Source: Candidatus Xenobia bacterium (GTDB lineage: Bacteria > Vulcanimicrobiota > Xenobia > Xenobiales > JADMJV01). Taken from it: a DNA stretch of 64,000 bases. Below the pieces are notes generated by a model that made no database searches, was not told where the DNA came from, and was given only the letters and a program-made list of their open reading frames with translations. Below are positions 9,562-19,725 of this stretch, piece by piece (position 1 is the first letter of the stretch; each line of letters begins with the position of its first letter). The position numbers were made by a program, and so were the translations under genes. The stretch lies in the NCBI GenBank assembly GCA_037968995.1, contig JBBKWP010000363.1:5219-69218 (forward strand). Direction: 5' to 3'.

Positions 9562-10778
9562 TAATTCCCTACCCAGGGTGCCGGTGTGAATGCGGGGGTT
9601 GGAGCCGGACCTTGGGCCGAAGCCGGGGCGGCCTTAGGATCGGAGATCACGAGGTCAACGCGACTGCCAGCCACGGCTTCAATACCGGGACTAGGACGTT
9701 GACCTATCACCTCACCAAGAATTTCACCGTGACTTCTTCGAATGGTTCCGGGCACCAACCCGGATTTTTCGAGTTGGACCCGCGCTTCTGCCTCGGAGAG
9801 GCCGGAAAGGCTAGGTATTACAGCGGCCGCTGCTATTTTTACTTGCACCGAAGACTGAGCAGAGGTAAGCGGATCCCCGGAGGGAGGGTCTTGAAATGTG
9901 ATGACAGCCGTCTCGGGTGCGCTATCGGGAACCGACAGCGCGACTCCTTCGGTTGCCGCAAGTTTGCGGGCCGCGGCGATGGTTAGACCCTCGAACTGTG
10001 GGGCGTGGAGTCCGGTCTGACTGGACACATCGGGAGTCGTAACCGGAGCGGGGATCGGAATGAAGACGGTGACTCTCGCCCCTGCCCCCAATGTCTGCCC
10101 GGCCTCGGGTTCTTGGCGAAGGATGTAGGCTGGGTCACCGGCGCGGAAATTCTCTTGGGCCACTTCCTTGACCACCAGAGCGAGACCCAGGTTTTCAAGG
10201 GCAGTTTTGGCCTCAGAAACTGTCATGTCTCGAAGTTCAGGGACCTCAATTTCGCCTACTCCTCCTGAGATGGTGAGGGTCACCACGCCGCTCGGGACCA
10301 CTTTTTCGCCACCGATGGGCACCTGCGTGATGACGCGCCCGATCGGAACGGTCTGGGACTTCGCTTCCGCAAATTTGACTACGAACCCGAGTCGCAACAA
10401 CTGGTCTTCCGCTTCGGATCGCGTTTTTCCAATAAGGTCAGGCAGCGGGATCCCGTCGGGCCCTTTAGAGATCACTAAGGTGACGACACTCATTCTTGGC
10501 ATGGAGGTCCCTGCGGCAGGCTCCTGAGTGAGCACCTTGCCGTCGAACTCACTGCTCGTCGATTCTTGAATTCTCGTTGCGACGCCTAAGTTTGAGGCCT
10601 TGATTAAGGCGCTCGCTTCTGCGAGCGTCTTTCCGACGACGGATGGAACTAGGATTCGGCTGGGCTTTAAAAAAATCCAGGCCGAACACCCCAGGACAAC
10701 CATAAGAAGTCCGGCGGCGACGAATTTTCCGCGACCGGTCTCCGAGGCATTTTTGTTTGTTTTTTTACTCTTGGCCAC
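9561..10778 (-). CDS. membrane-anchored protein with five PASTA domains (no kinase or transpeptidase domain)
   Basis: TM FVAAGLLMVVLGCSAWIFL, followed by five ~65-70-aa modules. They begin VPSVVGKTLAEA, LPDLIGKTRSEA, VPELRDMTVSEA, APQFEGLTIAAA and IPSLSGLSEAEA. Ala/Pro-rich tail. Confidence 0.8.
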   Translation of the reverse strand: MAKSKKTNKNASETGRGKFVAAGLLMVVLGCSAWIFLKPSRILVPSVVGKTLAEASALIKASNLGVATRIQESTSSEFDGKVLTQEPAAGTSMPRMSVVTLVISKGPDGIPLPDLIGKTRSEAEDQLLRLGFVVKFAEAKSQTVPIGRVITQVPIGGEKVVPSGVVTLTISGGVGEIEVPELRDMTVSEAKTALENLGLALVVKEVAQENFRAGDPAYILRQEPEAGQTLGAGARVTVFIPIPAPVTTPDVSSQTGLHAPQFEGLTIAAARKLAATEGVALSVPDSAPETAVITFQDPPSGDPLTSAQSSVQVKIAAAAVIPSLSGLSEAEARVQLEKSGLVPGTIRRSHGEILGEVIGQRPSPGIEAVAGSRVDLVISDPKAAPASAQGPAPTPAFTPAPWVGN

Positions 10779-11029
10779 CGCCGTACTCCCTGTCGCCTGG
10801 TTAAGGACGAATTCCCGTTCGGAGTTCCTTGGATGGTTGCCTGCCCGTGGAAGACAAGGGCCTTTTATAGGCAGTTTTCTGCCTTAGAAACGGACAGACC
10901 AGATCGTTAGCCGACGGGCCCTACGAGAAGGAGGCATCAAGACGGTGCGGAAAGGAAACTTATAGCCAATTTATTCTATGGCAAGACTTCAGACAGGAGA
11001 TGCCCCTGTTTGTGGAGAGAGACTCTTCG

Positions 11030-13111
11030 ATGAAAAAGAAGTTGGGGCCCACCGGGCACAAGCCCGACCTTCCCGCTCGCGGTAAGGACAAAGCTGGAGA
11101 GCCGTCCAAGGGACTAACTCGAAAAGACGGATATTCTCGTTCCGCTCCGATGCGTCGCGACGACTTTGACAAGCCGCTTTTTGGAGACGTCGCCGACGAT
11201 GAACTAGAAGCGACCCTAGAAAAGATCGAAGCGAGTCTTTTAGAGGCGCCCACCGATCGGGACCTCCATATTCGTAAGTACAAGGTACTTAGAAAGCTCG
11301 GAGAGCGGGGAACGATGCGAGCCAGTCTCCAGTTCGCCGCAAGAGAGCTAAAAGATCCGTTTTTCGGGATCAAGCTTGCTGAGGCTCTCGAAGAGGAAGG
11401 CCGGTATCAGGCTGCTCTCGAGTGGAGGCGCTGGGTCATCCAGTTCGATGCCAACGACCCGGATTCGGTTCGTCGTCTAGCTGGAACAGCAGTTCGCGCC
11501 GGAGATTTCCAAACCGCTGAGCAGTCTTACTCCAAACTGGTGGAACTCCGCCAACGCGAAGACAATCCTTTGGGCGGGACTTTTTACGAAGAGATGTTGG
11601 GAAAGGGCCTCGACCCGCACAAACGTCGAGAGCTCCAACGGATCGGTTTGCGCCTTCTTGGGAAAGCTCTAGCTTTTCAGGACAAGAGCGGGAACCTGCT
11701 GGAAGCAGCCGCACGCCTGAGCTACCGCGTCCGTGACCTCGAGGCCTCGCGCGGATTCTACGAACGTGCTATCTCAACGAACAGTCACCACCGCAACACT
11801 AGGGAATGGAAATGGGAACTTCTACGGGTCCTGGCCGCTTCCGGTCACCAGCAAGCCTGGCGAGAGATGAACTCATCTTTCACGGCCGAGCTTCAGGAGT
11901 ACCTGAAAAATCACCGTGGAGATTCTCGAGCCTGGACAATTCTCGCTCGTCAGCAAATTCAGGGTGGGGAGTTTGAGCCTGCCATCGAGACTCTAAAAAG
12001 TGCTCTACGTGCCGACAGTCGAAATGCGCAAGCTTTGTGGGAGTTAGGGCGTCTGTACGTTCGGATGGGACGCTCGCAGGAGGCTGTCGATTACTATTCT
12101 GAGATCATCTTCGACCCGAATGAGAAACGTTCTGTTCGGCGCGCCATCGAGCGGGCATTGGCCGACCTTTATTTCAAGACCGGTCGGTTTCGCGAGTCTC
12201 TAGAGATCTATCAGCGTGAGTTGGAAACGAACCTCGCCATGATCGCGCCTATTTACGAAGCAGTGGATGAGTTGGAGACGGCCCAAGACTTCTATCTCCG
12301 TTCCGTGGTTCAGAGCCCCCGAGACGCTCGATCACATCTTGGGACCGCCGAGTATTGGGTACGACGTGAGGATTGGGACAAAGCTGTCGCGGCGGCTCAG
12401 GCCGGACTGTCTTGCACTTACGCTACGGAAGAAGTTCATTCCAACTTGGCGGTGGCATTGGCCACTTCACAGATGCGAACCGGCCAGGTCGAGGGCGCCT
12501 TGCAGACGATGGAAGAGATCTGCAACACCTACCCCGATTCGATCCATCAAACCTTTCGCAAGGTCAAGATTTTGATCATGCTCAAGCGCAAAGAAGAAGC
12601 ATTAGCCTTAGCCGACGAGGTGCGAAGCTCCGCGCAGCATCAAACTGGCTGCGCACCAGCGGAGTCCTCGCTATGGAGCCTTTTGGGAGACTGTCACTCC
12701 TTGCTCGGCAACACGCAGGCTGCCGAAGAAGCGTACAGTAACGCTCTCAAGTATGACTTCATGGATTCCATCGCAGTCCGGGGCCTTGGACTGGTGGCCG
12801 AGAAGCAGAAAGACTTCGCTCGGGCGTTGGAGATGTTCCAAAGATTCGTACTTCTGGATCCGCTGAATCTTGCGACACCGACCATTCGTCAACGGATCGA
12901 GGAACTGCGGGAGAAGGTTGGGCCTCAAGCCCCTGAAGCGACACCGGCACCGAGTCTGGTGGGAGAACCTTTGGAAGATGCCCCTATGGGTGGCGCTTCC
13001 GTCGCGGATATGCCGAGTCGAGAGGTACCCGCTCCTCCGCCCGTCGCCGAAGCCGACAAGGAAGGTTGGCTGGGTGGCGGGGACGACGACTGGTTCGAGC
13101 CCGATCGTTAG
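11030..13111 (+). CDS. TPR-repeat protein
   Basis: 703-aa ORF from 11000. I prefer ATG 11030 (MKKKLGP), which has an upstream GGAGAGAG. Multiple TPR-like units (e.g. AQALWELGRLYVRMGRSQEAVDYYSEII). Acidic/Pro-rich C-terminus. Confidence 0.75.
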   Translation: MKKKLGPTGHKPDLPARGKDKAGEPSKGLTRKDGYSRSAPMRRDDFDKPLFGDVADDELEATLEKIEASLLEAPTDRDLHIRKYKVLRKLGERGTMRASLQFAARELKDPFFGIKLAEALEEEGRYQAALEWRRWVIQFDANDPDSVRRLAGTAVRAGDFQTAEQSYSKLVELRQREDNPLGGTFYEEMLGKGLDPHKRRELQRIGLRLLGKALAFQDKSGNLLEAAARLSYRVRDLEASRGFYERAISTNSHHRNTREWKWELLRVLAASGHQQAWREMNSSFTAELQEYLKNHRGDSRAWTILARQQIQGGEFEPAIETLKSALRADSRNAQALWELGRLYVRMGRSQEAVDYYSEIIFDPNEKRSVRRAIERALADLYFKTGRFRESLEIYQRELETNLAMIAPIYEAVDELETAQDFYLRSVVQSPRDARSHLGTAEYWVRREDWDKAVAAAQAGLSCTYATEEVHSNLAVALATSQMRTGQVEGALQTMEEICNTYPDSIHQTFRKVKILIMLKRKEEALALADEVRSSAQHQTGCAPAESSLWSLLGDCHSLLGNTQAAEEAYSNALKYDFMDSIAVRGLGLVAEKQKDFARALEMFQRFVLLDPLNLATPTIRQRIEELREKVGPQAPEATPAPSLVGEPLEDAPMGGASVADMPSREVPAPPPVAEADKEGWLGGGDDDWFEPDR

Positions 13112-13182
13112 AATCTGAGATCTATTTTTAGACTTCGGTTGGCACTGGAGGGTTCTCCTAGCGGGCACAGAATCCGCGCCAC

Positions 13183-14550
13183 GTGAAAATCCTCATCATT
13201 GGCGCGGGTCAACTCGGCTATCATACGGCCGAGAAATTAGCCAAGGAGAACAACGATGTTGTCGTCATTGAACGCGATGAGGAGCGTGCCCGCTATCTCT
13301 TAGAGCATCTCGACGTTCAGGTGGTAACGGGGAGCGGATCCAGCCCAGAGATCTTGAGAGCCGCTGGAGTTGAGGACGCTGATTTTCTCGTGGCTGTGAC
13401 CGATTCCGATGAGGTGAACATGGTCGCTTGTTTGATCGCCGCGGCCCAGGCGAAGACTCCTCGCAAGATCGCGCGCATTCGTAACCGGGAATTGCTGCGC
13501 CATTCTGGGGTTTTGGGCCGAGACTTTCTCAATGTGGATTATGCTATCAACCCGGACAGCGAGGTCGTCAAGGAGATTCAGGCGCTGTTAAATATTCCGG
13601 GCTCGACAGATGTCGCCCATTTTTGCCGCGACCGAGTGTCTGTGGTGGGTTTTCGAATCCCCGAAGGTTCACCGATGATCGGCCCGTCACTGAGCGAAAT
13701 GTGGGAAAAAGGAACGTCCAAACAACGTCTGCTGTTGGCGGCTGTGGAACGTAATGGGACGACCATTATACCGCATGGAAGTGAGACCATTAGGGCCGGA
13801 GATATTGTCTTCGTCGTCCACCCCGCGGAGCGCCTCTCGCAGGTCTACCCCCTATTGGGTGTGCAAGCTAAGCCCGTAAAGATGGTTATCATTTCTGGAG
13901 CGACGCGATTGGGAGTGGATTTGGCACTCAAGTTGCAAGAAGATCGTGAACTCACCGTAAAACTGATCGAGCCTGACCGTTCGATCTGTCAAGCTTTGGC
14001 GGAGAAACTGAGCCGCACCTTGGTCCTATGCGCCGACCCTCACAACGAGGATATGCTCAAAGAAGAGGGCATTGCGTCGTGCGATGTCTTCGTGGCCTGT
14101 GGCGAGAACGACGACACCAACGTGCTGATCAGCTTGTTAGCAGGCGGACTAGGCGCTCATCGAGTCATCACTATGGTCAACCAGGTCCGTTATGTCGGTT
14201 TGGTTCAGTCTGTTGGCGACCACGTGGCGCTCTGTCCTAAATTGGTGGCCGTTTCTCAGATCGTCTCATTTGTGCGTCGGGGAAAGGTCTTGTCCTTGGC
14301 GACTTTCGGGAACGAAGAAGCTGAAGCCATCGAAGTCGTGGCTCAGGAAGGTTCCAAGTTGATTGAGACTCCGTTGATGGAGCTGAAACTACCCCGAGGA
14401 GTGATCGTGGGAGCGATCTTGAGTGACGAGCAGATGGTGATACCCAATGGGAAAACTGTCTTGCGAGCCGGCGATCGTATCGTCTTCTTTCTGGAGACGG
14501 ACTCTCGGGTGCAACTCGAAGAGTTCCTCATAGGTACGGAGCGCCTTTAA
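13183..14550 (+). CDS. trkA: Trk potassium uptake system NAD-binding subunit TrkA
   Basis: GTG start. MKILIIGAGQLG Rossmann motif, a second Rossmann (MVIISGATRLG) and two RCK_C-like segments. Confidence 0.9.
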   Translation: MKILIIGAGQLGYHTAEKLAKENNDVVVIERDEERARYLLEHLDVQVVTGSGSSPEILRAAGVEDADFLVAVTDSDEVNMVACLIAAAQAKTPRKIARIRNRELLRHSGVLGRDFLNVDYAINPDSEVVKEIQALLNIPGSTDVAHFCRDRVSVVGFRIPEGSPMIGPSLSEMWEKGTSKQRLLLAAVERNGTTIIPHGSETIRAGDIVFVVHPAERLSQVYPLLGVQAKPVKMVIISGATRLGVDLALKLQEDRELTVKLIEPDRSICQALAEKLSRTLVLCADPHNEDMLKEEGIASCDVFVACGENDDTNVLISLLAGGLGAHRVITMVNQVRYVGLVQSVGDHVALCPKLVAVSQIVSFVRRGKVLSLATFGNEEAEAIEVVAQEGSKLIETPLMELKLPRGVIVGAILSDEQMVIPNGKTVLRAGDRIVFFLETDSRVQLEEFLIGTERL

Positions 14551-14553
14551 GCC

Positions 14554-16023
14554 TTGTCCTTGGTGATCCGTCTTCTCGGTTTTTTGAGCTTGTCGTTAGG
14601 CGTGTTCATGATCTTTCCGTTATTGATCGCCCTGTTCGACGGCACTCCCGATCGCGCTCCCATCTCCATGGCTTGCGTGGTATGTATCGTCTTAGGCGCG
14701 GTTACAGCGGGTACCACACGTCACTTTCGAGGTCATCTCGATATTCGACGAGCTTTTATCGTGGTGACCGTGGGCTGGTTCATGGCCGGATTTTTCGGAA
14801 GTCTCCCCTACTATTTTTCCACTCTGATGGGAACTCCGGGGGTGGCCCCTCACTTCCCCACATATGCCGACTGCTTTTTCGAATCAGTGAGCGGTTTCTC
14901 GACCACCGGGTCCACGGTACTTAGCGATATCGAAGCCGTCCCCCGCGGACTGCTGTTCTGGCGCAGTCTCACTCACTGGTTGGGTGGGATGGGAATTGTG
15001 GTGTTGTCCATCGCTATCTTACCCCTGTTGGGCGGCGGCGGCATGAACCTTTTCAAGGCCGAGGCACCGGGCGGGATTCTACCGGATAAGTTGGCACCGA
15101 GAATCGCCCAGACCGCTCGGTCTATGTGGTGGGTCTACATCATTATGACGGTCGCCGAGACGTTTCTGCTGATGGTGGGAGATATGTCACTCTACGACGC
15201 CTTGTGTCACACCTTCGGAACCGTTGCTACCGGAGGGTTTTCGACCAAGAACACCTCGGTGGCCTATTTCGACTCGGCCTATATTGACTACGTTATCAGC
15301 TTTTTCATGTTCTTGGCGGGGGTCAATTTCTTTCTGCACTATCAAGCGCTCAAGGGCAAGCCTTTGGCCTATCTAAAAGATAGTGAGTTCAAGTTCTATA
15401 CGAAAGTGATTTGCGTCGCGATCCTGATCGTCTTCATCGATACCTTCGATAGCTATGGACAAGACTATTTGAGGTCGTTTCGCGATTCCGTCTTTACCGT
15501 CATCTCGATCGTGACAACCACGGGCTACGGAACCGCGGACTTTGAGCATTGGCCATACCTTTCACGATTCTTGCTGATTACTTTGATGGTGATGGGAGGG
15601 TCCGCCGGTTCAACGGCCGGAGGATCAAAATGTTTGCGAGTCCAGATTTTTTTCAAAGCCGGCTACCGGGAGCTGAAGCGAATCCTCCATCCTTACGCCG
15701 TGATACCCGTTCGCGTCGGTACTCGTGTGATTCCGGACTCCGCCGTGGCCTCGGTTCTGGGTTTTCTCACGTGTGTAACAGCGCTCTTCTTGGTGGCCAG
15801 CGGAGCTCTGGCAGCCCTTGGCATCGGTCTAACAACCTCTTACACCGCGGTAGTGGCGTGTATCTTCAACATCGGTCCGGGACTGGGCGACGTCGGACCG
15901 ACGGACAATTTCGGTCATATGCCGAGCGCGGCGAAATACATTCTTTCGGTCTGCATGATCATGGGTCGCTTGGAAGTGTACACGGTCTTGGTGCTGCTGA
16001 TTCCGGATTTTTACAGGCGCTGA
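14554..16023 (+). CDS. trkH: Trk-type potassium transporter membrane subunit TrkH
   Basis: Polytopic protein with selectivity-filter-like loops SGFSTTGST, ATGGFST, TTTGYGT and GGSAGSTAGGSK. TTG start 4 nt after trkA; alternatives TTG 14560 and GTG 14563. Confidence 0.9.
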   Translation: MSLVIRLLGFLSLSLGVFMIFPLLIALFDGTPDRAPISMACVVCIVLGAVTAGTTRHFRGHLDIRRAFIVVTVGWFMAGFFGSLPYYFSTLMGTPGVAPHFPTYADCFFESVSGFSTTGSTVLSDIEAVPRGLLFWRSLTHWLGGMGIVVLSIAILPLLGGGGMNLFKAEAPGGILPDKLAPRIAQTARSMWWVYIIMTVAETFLLMVGDMSLYDALCHTFGTVATGGFSTKNTSVAYFDSAYIDYVISFFMFLAGVNFFLHYQALKGKPLAYLKDSEFKFYTKVICVAILIVFIDTFDSYGQDYLRSFRDSVFTVISIVTTTGYGTADFEHWPYLSRFLLITLMVMGGSAGSTAGGSKCLRVQIFFKAGYRELKRILHPYAVIPVRVGTRVIPDSAVASVLGFLTCVTALFLVASGALAALGIGLTTSYTAVVACIFNIGPGLGDVGPTDNFGHMPSAAKYILSVCMIMGRLEVYTVLVLLIPDFYRR

Positions 16024-16063
16024 AGTTGCTCTCCCGTCGCGATTAGCTCGCGCTTTCCACGGA

Positions 16064-17350
16064 CTATCGTTGAGGTTCTGTGAGGTCGCGGTGCCTTAAG
16101 GCATTGAGGCCGAAGGCCAGAACCAAACCGGCGCTCAGCAAGGTCACCGCGACGGCTTGGGCGAGTTCTGGGGCACTCCAGCCACGATCACCAGCCAGAC
16201 CTACCAGGTATGACGACGTGGCGGTGGCTAGTGTGAGACCGGTAAACTCTAAACTAAAAACTCGACCTCTCACCTGACTCGGCAGAGACAGTTGCAGCAT
16301 CGTGGTACTGAAAACCCAGGATGTCGCGCCACCTAAATGGGCGAGGACGACGCAAAGCATCGCTGCTGTCATCGTCTGGGATTGGGAAAGCAGGAAGTAG
16401 CCTAGCCCTCCGACCAAAAAGGAAGGGAGCAGAGCCTTCTCCATCTCCTTGAGGCTCGAACCTCCTAGGCGATGGGCGACGAACGGTCCGACGGCGGCCC
16501 CAAGTCCTCGGCAGGCGTAGAACAGCCCGATACTCAAGGCACCATCTTTGCCGAGCGGAAAGATCTTGTTGCCATAGAGAGTCAACACTAGAGTCAGACC
16601 TCCAGAGAGACACCACAAAAACTTACAGGAGGCCAATAGACCTGCCTTTCTATTGGCCTTGAGATAGCCCAGGGCCTCACCCCATCCGGCTTTCGTTTGC
16701 GACGAAGCCGCGCCAAACGACTCCCGGACTTGGAGGCGGCGGACGAACCAAGCCGAGAGGAGAAAAGAGAGGCTGTTGAGGCAGAATCCCCATCTCACCC
16801 CCAATAGCCCCGTCACCAGGCCTCCGAGTGCGGCGCCAAAAGCTAGCATCGATGACCAAGTCGCACCGGCCACGGCGTTGGCCGCGACCATTTCTCGAGG
16901 GGCTACAAGGTCTGGGAGAATAGCCTTTCTCGCCGGCTCGAACAGGGCTTGGCAGACCACCATCAAGATTGTGAGAAAGTAGATGAGGTGGAGATGTCGC
17001 GCGTCGGTCACTATCAAGAAACAGAGGGCTAAAGCCGCCCGGGCCAGATCGCAAGCGAACATCAGCGTGCGTCGCGAAAACTTATCGACTAACGGACCCA
17101 CCCAAAAACCCGCGAGCGCGGCGGGCAGAAACTGCGCGACGAGGAGCAGGCCCAACGCCTCAGTTCGACCGGTGAGTTTCAAAACCAAAGTGTAAAGGGC
17201 GATGGAGTTGAACCAGTCTCCGCACTGAGACACCACTTGCGCTGCCCAAAGATTACGAAATTGCCGATTCTCGATGAGAACCTTGAGATAAATGTTGCGC
17301 ACCCTAAGGAATCGTTTCGGCCGGTTCACCGCGCTACCCTGGGAGGCCAC
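16064..17350 (-). CDS. MFS transporter
   Basis: 428 aa, about 12 hydrophobic segments, MFS-type loop GPLVDKFSRRTLM. GTG start. Confidence 0.75.
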   Translation of the reverse strand: MASQGSAVNRPKRFLRVRNIYLKVLIENRQFRNLWAAQVVSQCGDWFNSIALYTLVLKLTGRTEALGLLLVAQFLPAALAGFWVGPLVDKFSRRTLMFACDLARAALALCFLIVTDARHLHLIYFLTILMVVCQALFEPARKAILPDLVAPREMVAANAVAGATWSSMLAFGAALGGLVTGLLGVRWGFCLNSLSFLLSAWFVRRLQVRESFGAASSQTKAGWGEALGYLKANRKAGLLASCKFLWCLSGGLTLVLTLYGNKIFPLGKDGALSIGLFYACRGLGAAVGPFVAHRLGGSSLKEMEKALLPSFLVGGLGYFLLSQSQTMTAAMLCVVLAHLGGATSWVFSTTMLQLSLPSQVRGRVFSLEFTGLTLATATSSYLVGLAGDRGWSAPELAQAVAVTLLSAGLVLAFGLNALRHRDLTEPQR

Positions 17351-17492
17351 TTTTTCTCAAGATGATAAGAAATCACGCAGGGGTGCCCTGGAACGCTCAT
17401 TTCATGAGGCTACGGTCCGATCTCTAGTATATTCGTTGCAGTTTGACTTAATTTTCCAGGTGTGAAACATTAGTACCGGAAGGCCAATTAAG

Positions 17493-18464
17493 ATGCCTAC
17501 TTCAGATTCCAGTACACCTGCTTTGCAATCGGGCACGCTCTGTCCAACTCTGGACAGAGCAGTCGTGCTCTGGCTACGGAGCGTGCGCAATGAACTGGAG
17601 GCTCCGCAATCCCCACCCCAGGTACCTGCCGCTCATCCTTTACTCGGCTATCGACTTAATGGGTCTCCGGTCGGCGAACTTTTGGGAGTAGGTTCCTTCG
17701 CAACTGTCTTCGCGCTGAACGACCCTAAGGTCCCTCAGAGTCAATTGGCGGTAAAGATACTCAAACGCTCTGTTCGAGGAAAGAGTTGGGAGCAAGAGAA
17801 TGAGTCGTTCCGTCGTGAGATCGACATCGGAATGCGTCTTGAGCATCCATCTATCACTCGGATTCATCGATTTACAGAGAAGCAGCGGTCTCGATTTGTG
17901 GTGTTAGACCGCATCCACGGCCGAACGCTCGCGACCTTTCTGGAAAGCACATTGGCAACAGGTCGATACTGCGACCTTTTCCATCCGCTAGCGCTCGCTT
18001 TGGACTACGCTCACAGCATGGGTGTAATTCATCGAGATCTCAAACCCGAGAACGTCATGGTCACGCCAGAGGATCTCGTGAAAATTCTCGATTTTGGCTT
18101 GGCTCGCACCCGCGGCGGCAATCATGTAACGCTAACCGGAGAATTCAAAGGCACACCCAGGTACTGCGCACCGGAGCAGATCCAGGATTGCAAAAAGGTG
18201 GGACCAGCGACCGACCAGTTTGCCTTTGGCCTCTTGAGCTTTCAGGCCTTGACGGGGGTCCTCCCCTACCCCGAGTATCCCAAGGACCCAATGGAAACGC
18301 TTTTCTCACGGCTTCGACAACCCGCTCGAAGACTGTGTGATGAACTTCCCCAGGTACATCCTCAAGCCGATGAAGCCATCGCAAAGATGTTGAGTCGAAA
18401 CCCGGAGGACCGATTCCCATCGGTTGAGGAGGCGTTCGTCGCCTTTTCCGAGGCATTGACCTAG
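17493..18464 (+). CDS. Ser/Thr protein kinase (kinase domain only)
   Basis: LGVGSFATVF, AVKILK, HRDLKPENVMV, DFGLAR, CAPEQ. No TM or sensor domain. Confidence 0.85.
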   Translation: MPTSDSSTPALQSGTLCPTLDRAVVLWLRSVRNELEAPQSPPQVPAAHPLLGYRLNGSPVGELLGVGSFATVFALNDPKVPQSQLAVKILKRSVRGKSWEQENESFRREIDIGMRLEHPSITRIHRFTEKQRSRFVVLDRIHGRTLATFLESTLATGRYCDLFHPLALALDYAHSMGVIHRDLKPENVMVTPEDLVKILDFGLARTRGGNHVTLTGEFKGTPRYCAPEQIQDCKKVGPATDQFAFGLLSFQALTGVLPYPEYPKDPMETLFSRLRQPARRLCDELPQVHPQADEAIAKMLSRNPEDRFPSVEEAFVAFSEALT

Positions 18465-18845
18465 GAGTCAATCGTCTCCCGGGCTAGGTTCCAACATGAC
18501 CAGAAGTCTCGATCTCTGATTCTGAGTCATGATGGTGAAGCCGTAACCTAACGGCAACATGTCAATGGTTTACAGGTGACATAATCACCTTGCGCCTGAG
18601 TAAAATCTCAAATGGTGTGCCAGACTTCGAGAGCTGGTGGGCGCCGTGATAGGTGGCTAGGACACGGCAAGGTGCGCTAAGCGAGACGATGACCCGAGAG
18701 GTTATCGTCCTTCTTAGCGTTACGGGAAAATATGTAACGCAACCCGCAAGGTATGCCTCTAAAGGATACCAGGGAGTCGGTTCATCTAAAAGGGTCCGAC
18801 CTATACTCTTGCAGTAGGCCATTGGGCCGCACGAGAGGAGGCGCC

Positions 18846-19712
18846 ATGGCCAAAAAGACGGAATTTCAATACTTAGAAGACCTGTATCGACGCGAGGTTG
18901 AGGATGTTTATTACGATGAGGTTCAACTCTCGGAGAGCTTCGGAAGATTTCGCGACAGCGCTGGGAATCCAGTGTTGGGTGAGTTGTTTGAGCGGCTACG
19001 CCGTCAATCGCTGGACGACTCCACTCGCCTTCAAGGGGCACTTTCACCAGGAAAAGTGTCACAACGTGCTGCGTTGACCAGCCTCCTAAAGGAGGGGCAG
19101 CATCGGATCGACTCGATGAAGACCCATCACTTGGTAGATGCCGAACTGATCGCCCTATCTCACAAAATTCTTGCCCTTCAATCAGCCGGGCTGCAAACAG
19201 CGGAAGTCTATGCTGGACTGCTCCGACGCACGGAAATTCGCGCCTTGCTTTCAGACCTCATAGCGACCAAAAAGAGAGCCTCTCAGAACCTTTCTGACGT
19301 TGCACTCCACCAAGTTCACTGGCGGGCCGACTGGTGGGCTCCCGAACATACCTCGAGTTGGGAAAGAGTGAAGGCGGCTTTCCGCAAAGACTGGCAACAG
19401 ACCAAGGCACATGTTGGAGCGGGCACCGCCCTGCCAGAGGAACAGCGCGTAGGAGACACCTTGGCGGAAATGTCAGGGAAGACGTCGGCCCCCATCGACT
19501 CTTTCGAATCGCAAGAGCCTGCGTTCCGCTACGGATATGGAGCGGCGTACCACTATCGCGACCGGGAATGGGACCCGTCCCTTGAGAGAGAACTTCAATC
19601 GAATTACGGCGGACTCTGGGACCCGGCCAAAGCCAACATTCGCGATGGCTGGAACTACGCTCGCCAGGAGAGTCGATCGATATCTCTGGATGGCGTTCAC
19701 GCACCGAACTAG
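18846..19712 (+). CDS. hypothetical protein (N-terminal helical region faintly DUF892/ferritin-like)
   Basis: ATG 18846 is preceded by GAGGAGG 5 nt upstream. The track start at 18753 has no such support. MAKKTEFQYLEDLYRREVEDVYYDE...; Trp/Tyr-rich C-terminal half. The function call is tentative. Confidence 0.55.
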   Translation: MAKKTEFQYLEDLYRREVEDVYYDEVQLSESFGRFRDSAGNPVLGELFERLRRQSLDDSTRLQGALSPGKVSQRAALTSLLKEGQHRIDSMKTHHLVDAELIALSHKILALQSAGLQTAEVYAGLLRRTEIRALLSDLIATKKRASQNLSDVALHQVHWRADWWAPEHTSSWERVKAAFRKDWQQTKAHVGAGTALPEEQRVGDTLAEMSGKTSAPIDSFESQEPAFRYGYGAAYHYRDREWDPSLERELQSNYGGLWDPAKANIRDGWNYARQESRSISLDGVHAPN

Positions 19713-19725
19713 GACGAAGTCGGAG

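Noticed and set aside
18562-19062. 166-aa minus-strand ORF in and beyond the 18.5-18.8 kb gap
   Set aside because: It overlaps the SD-supported start of the plus-strand gene at 18846. It has no start context or family signal.
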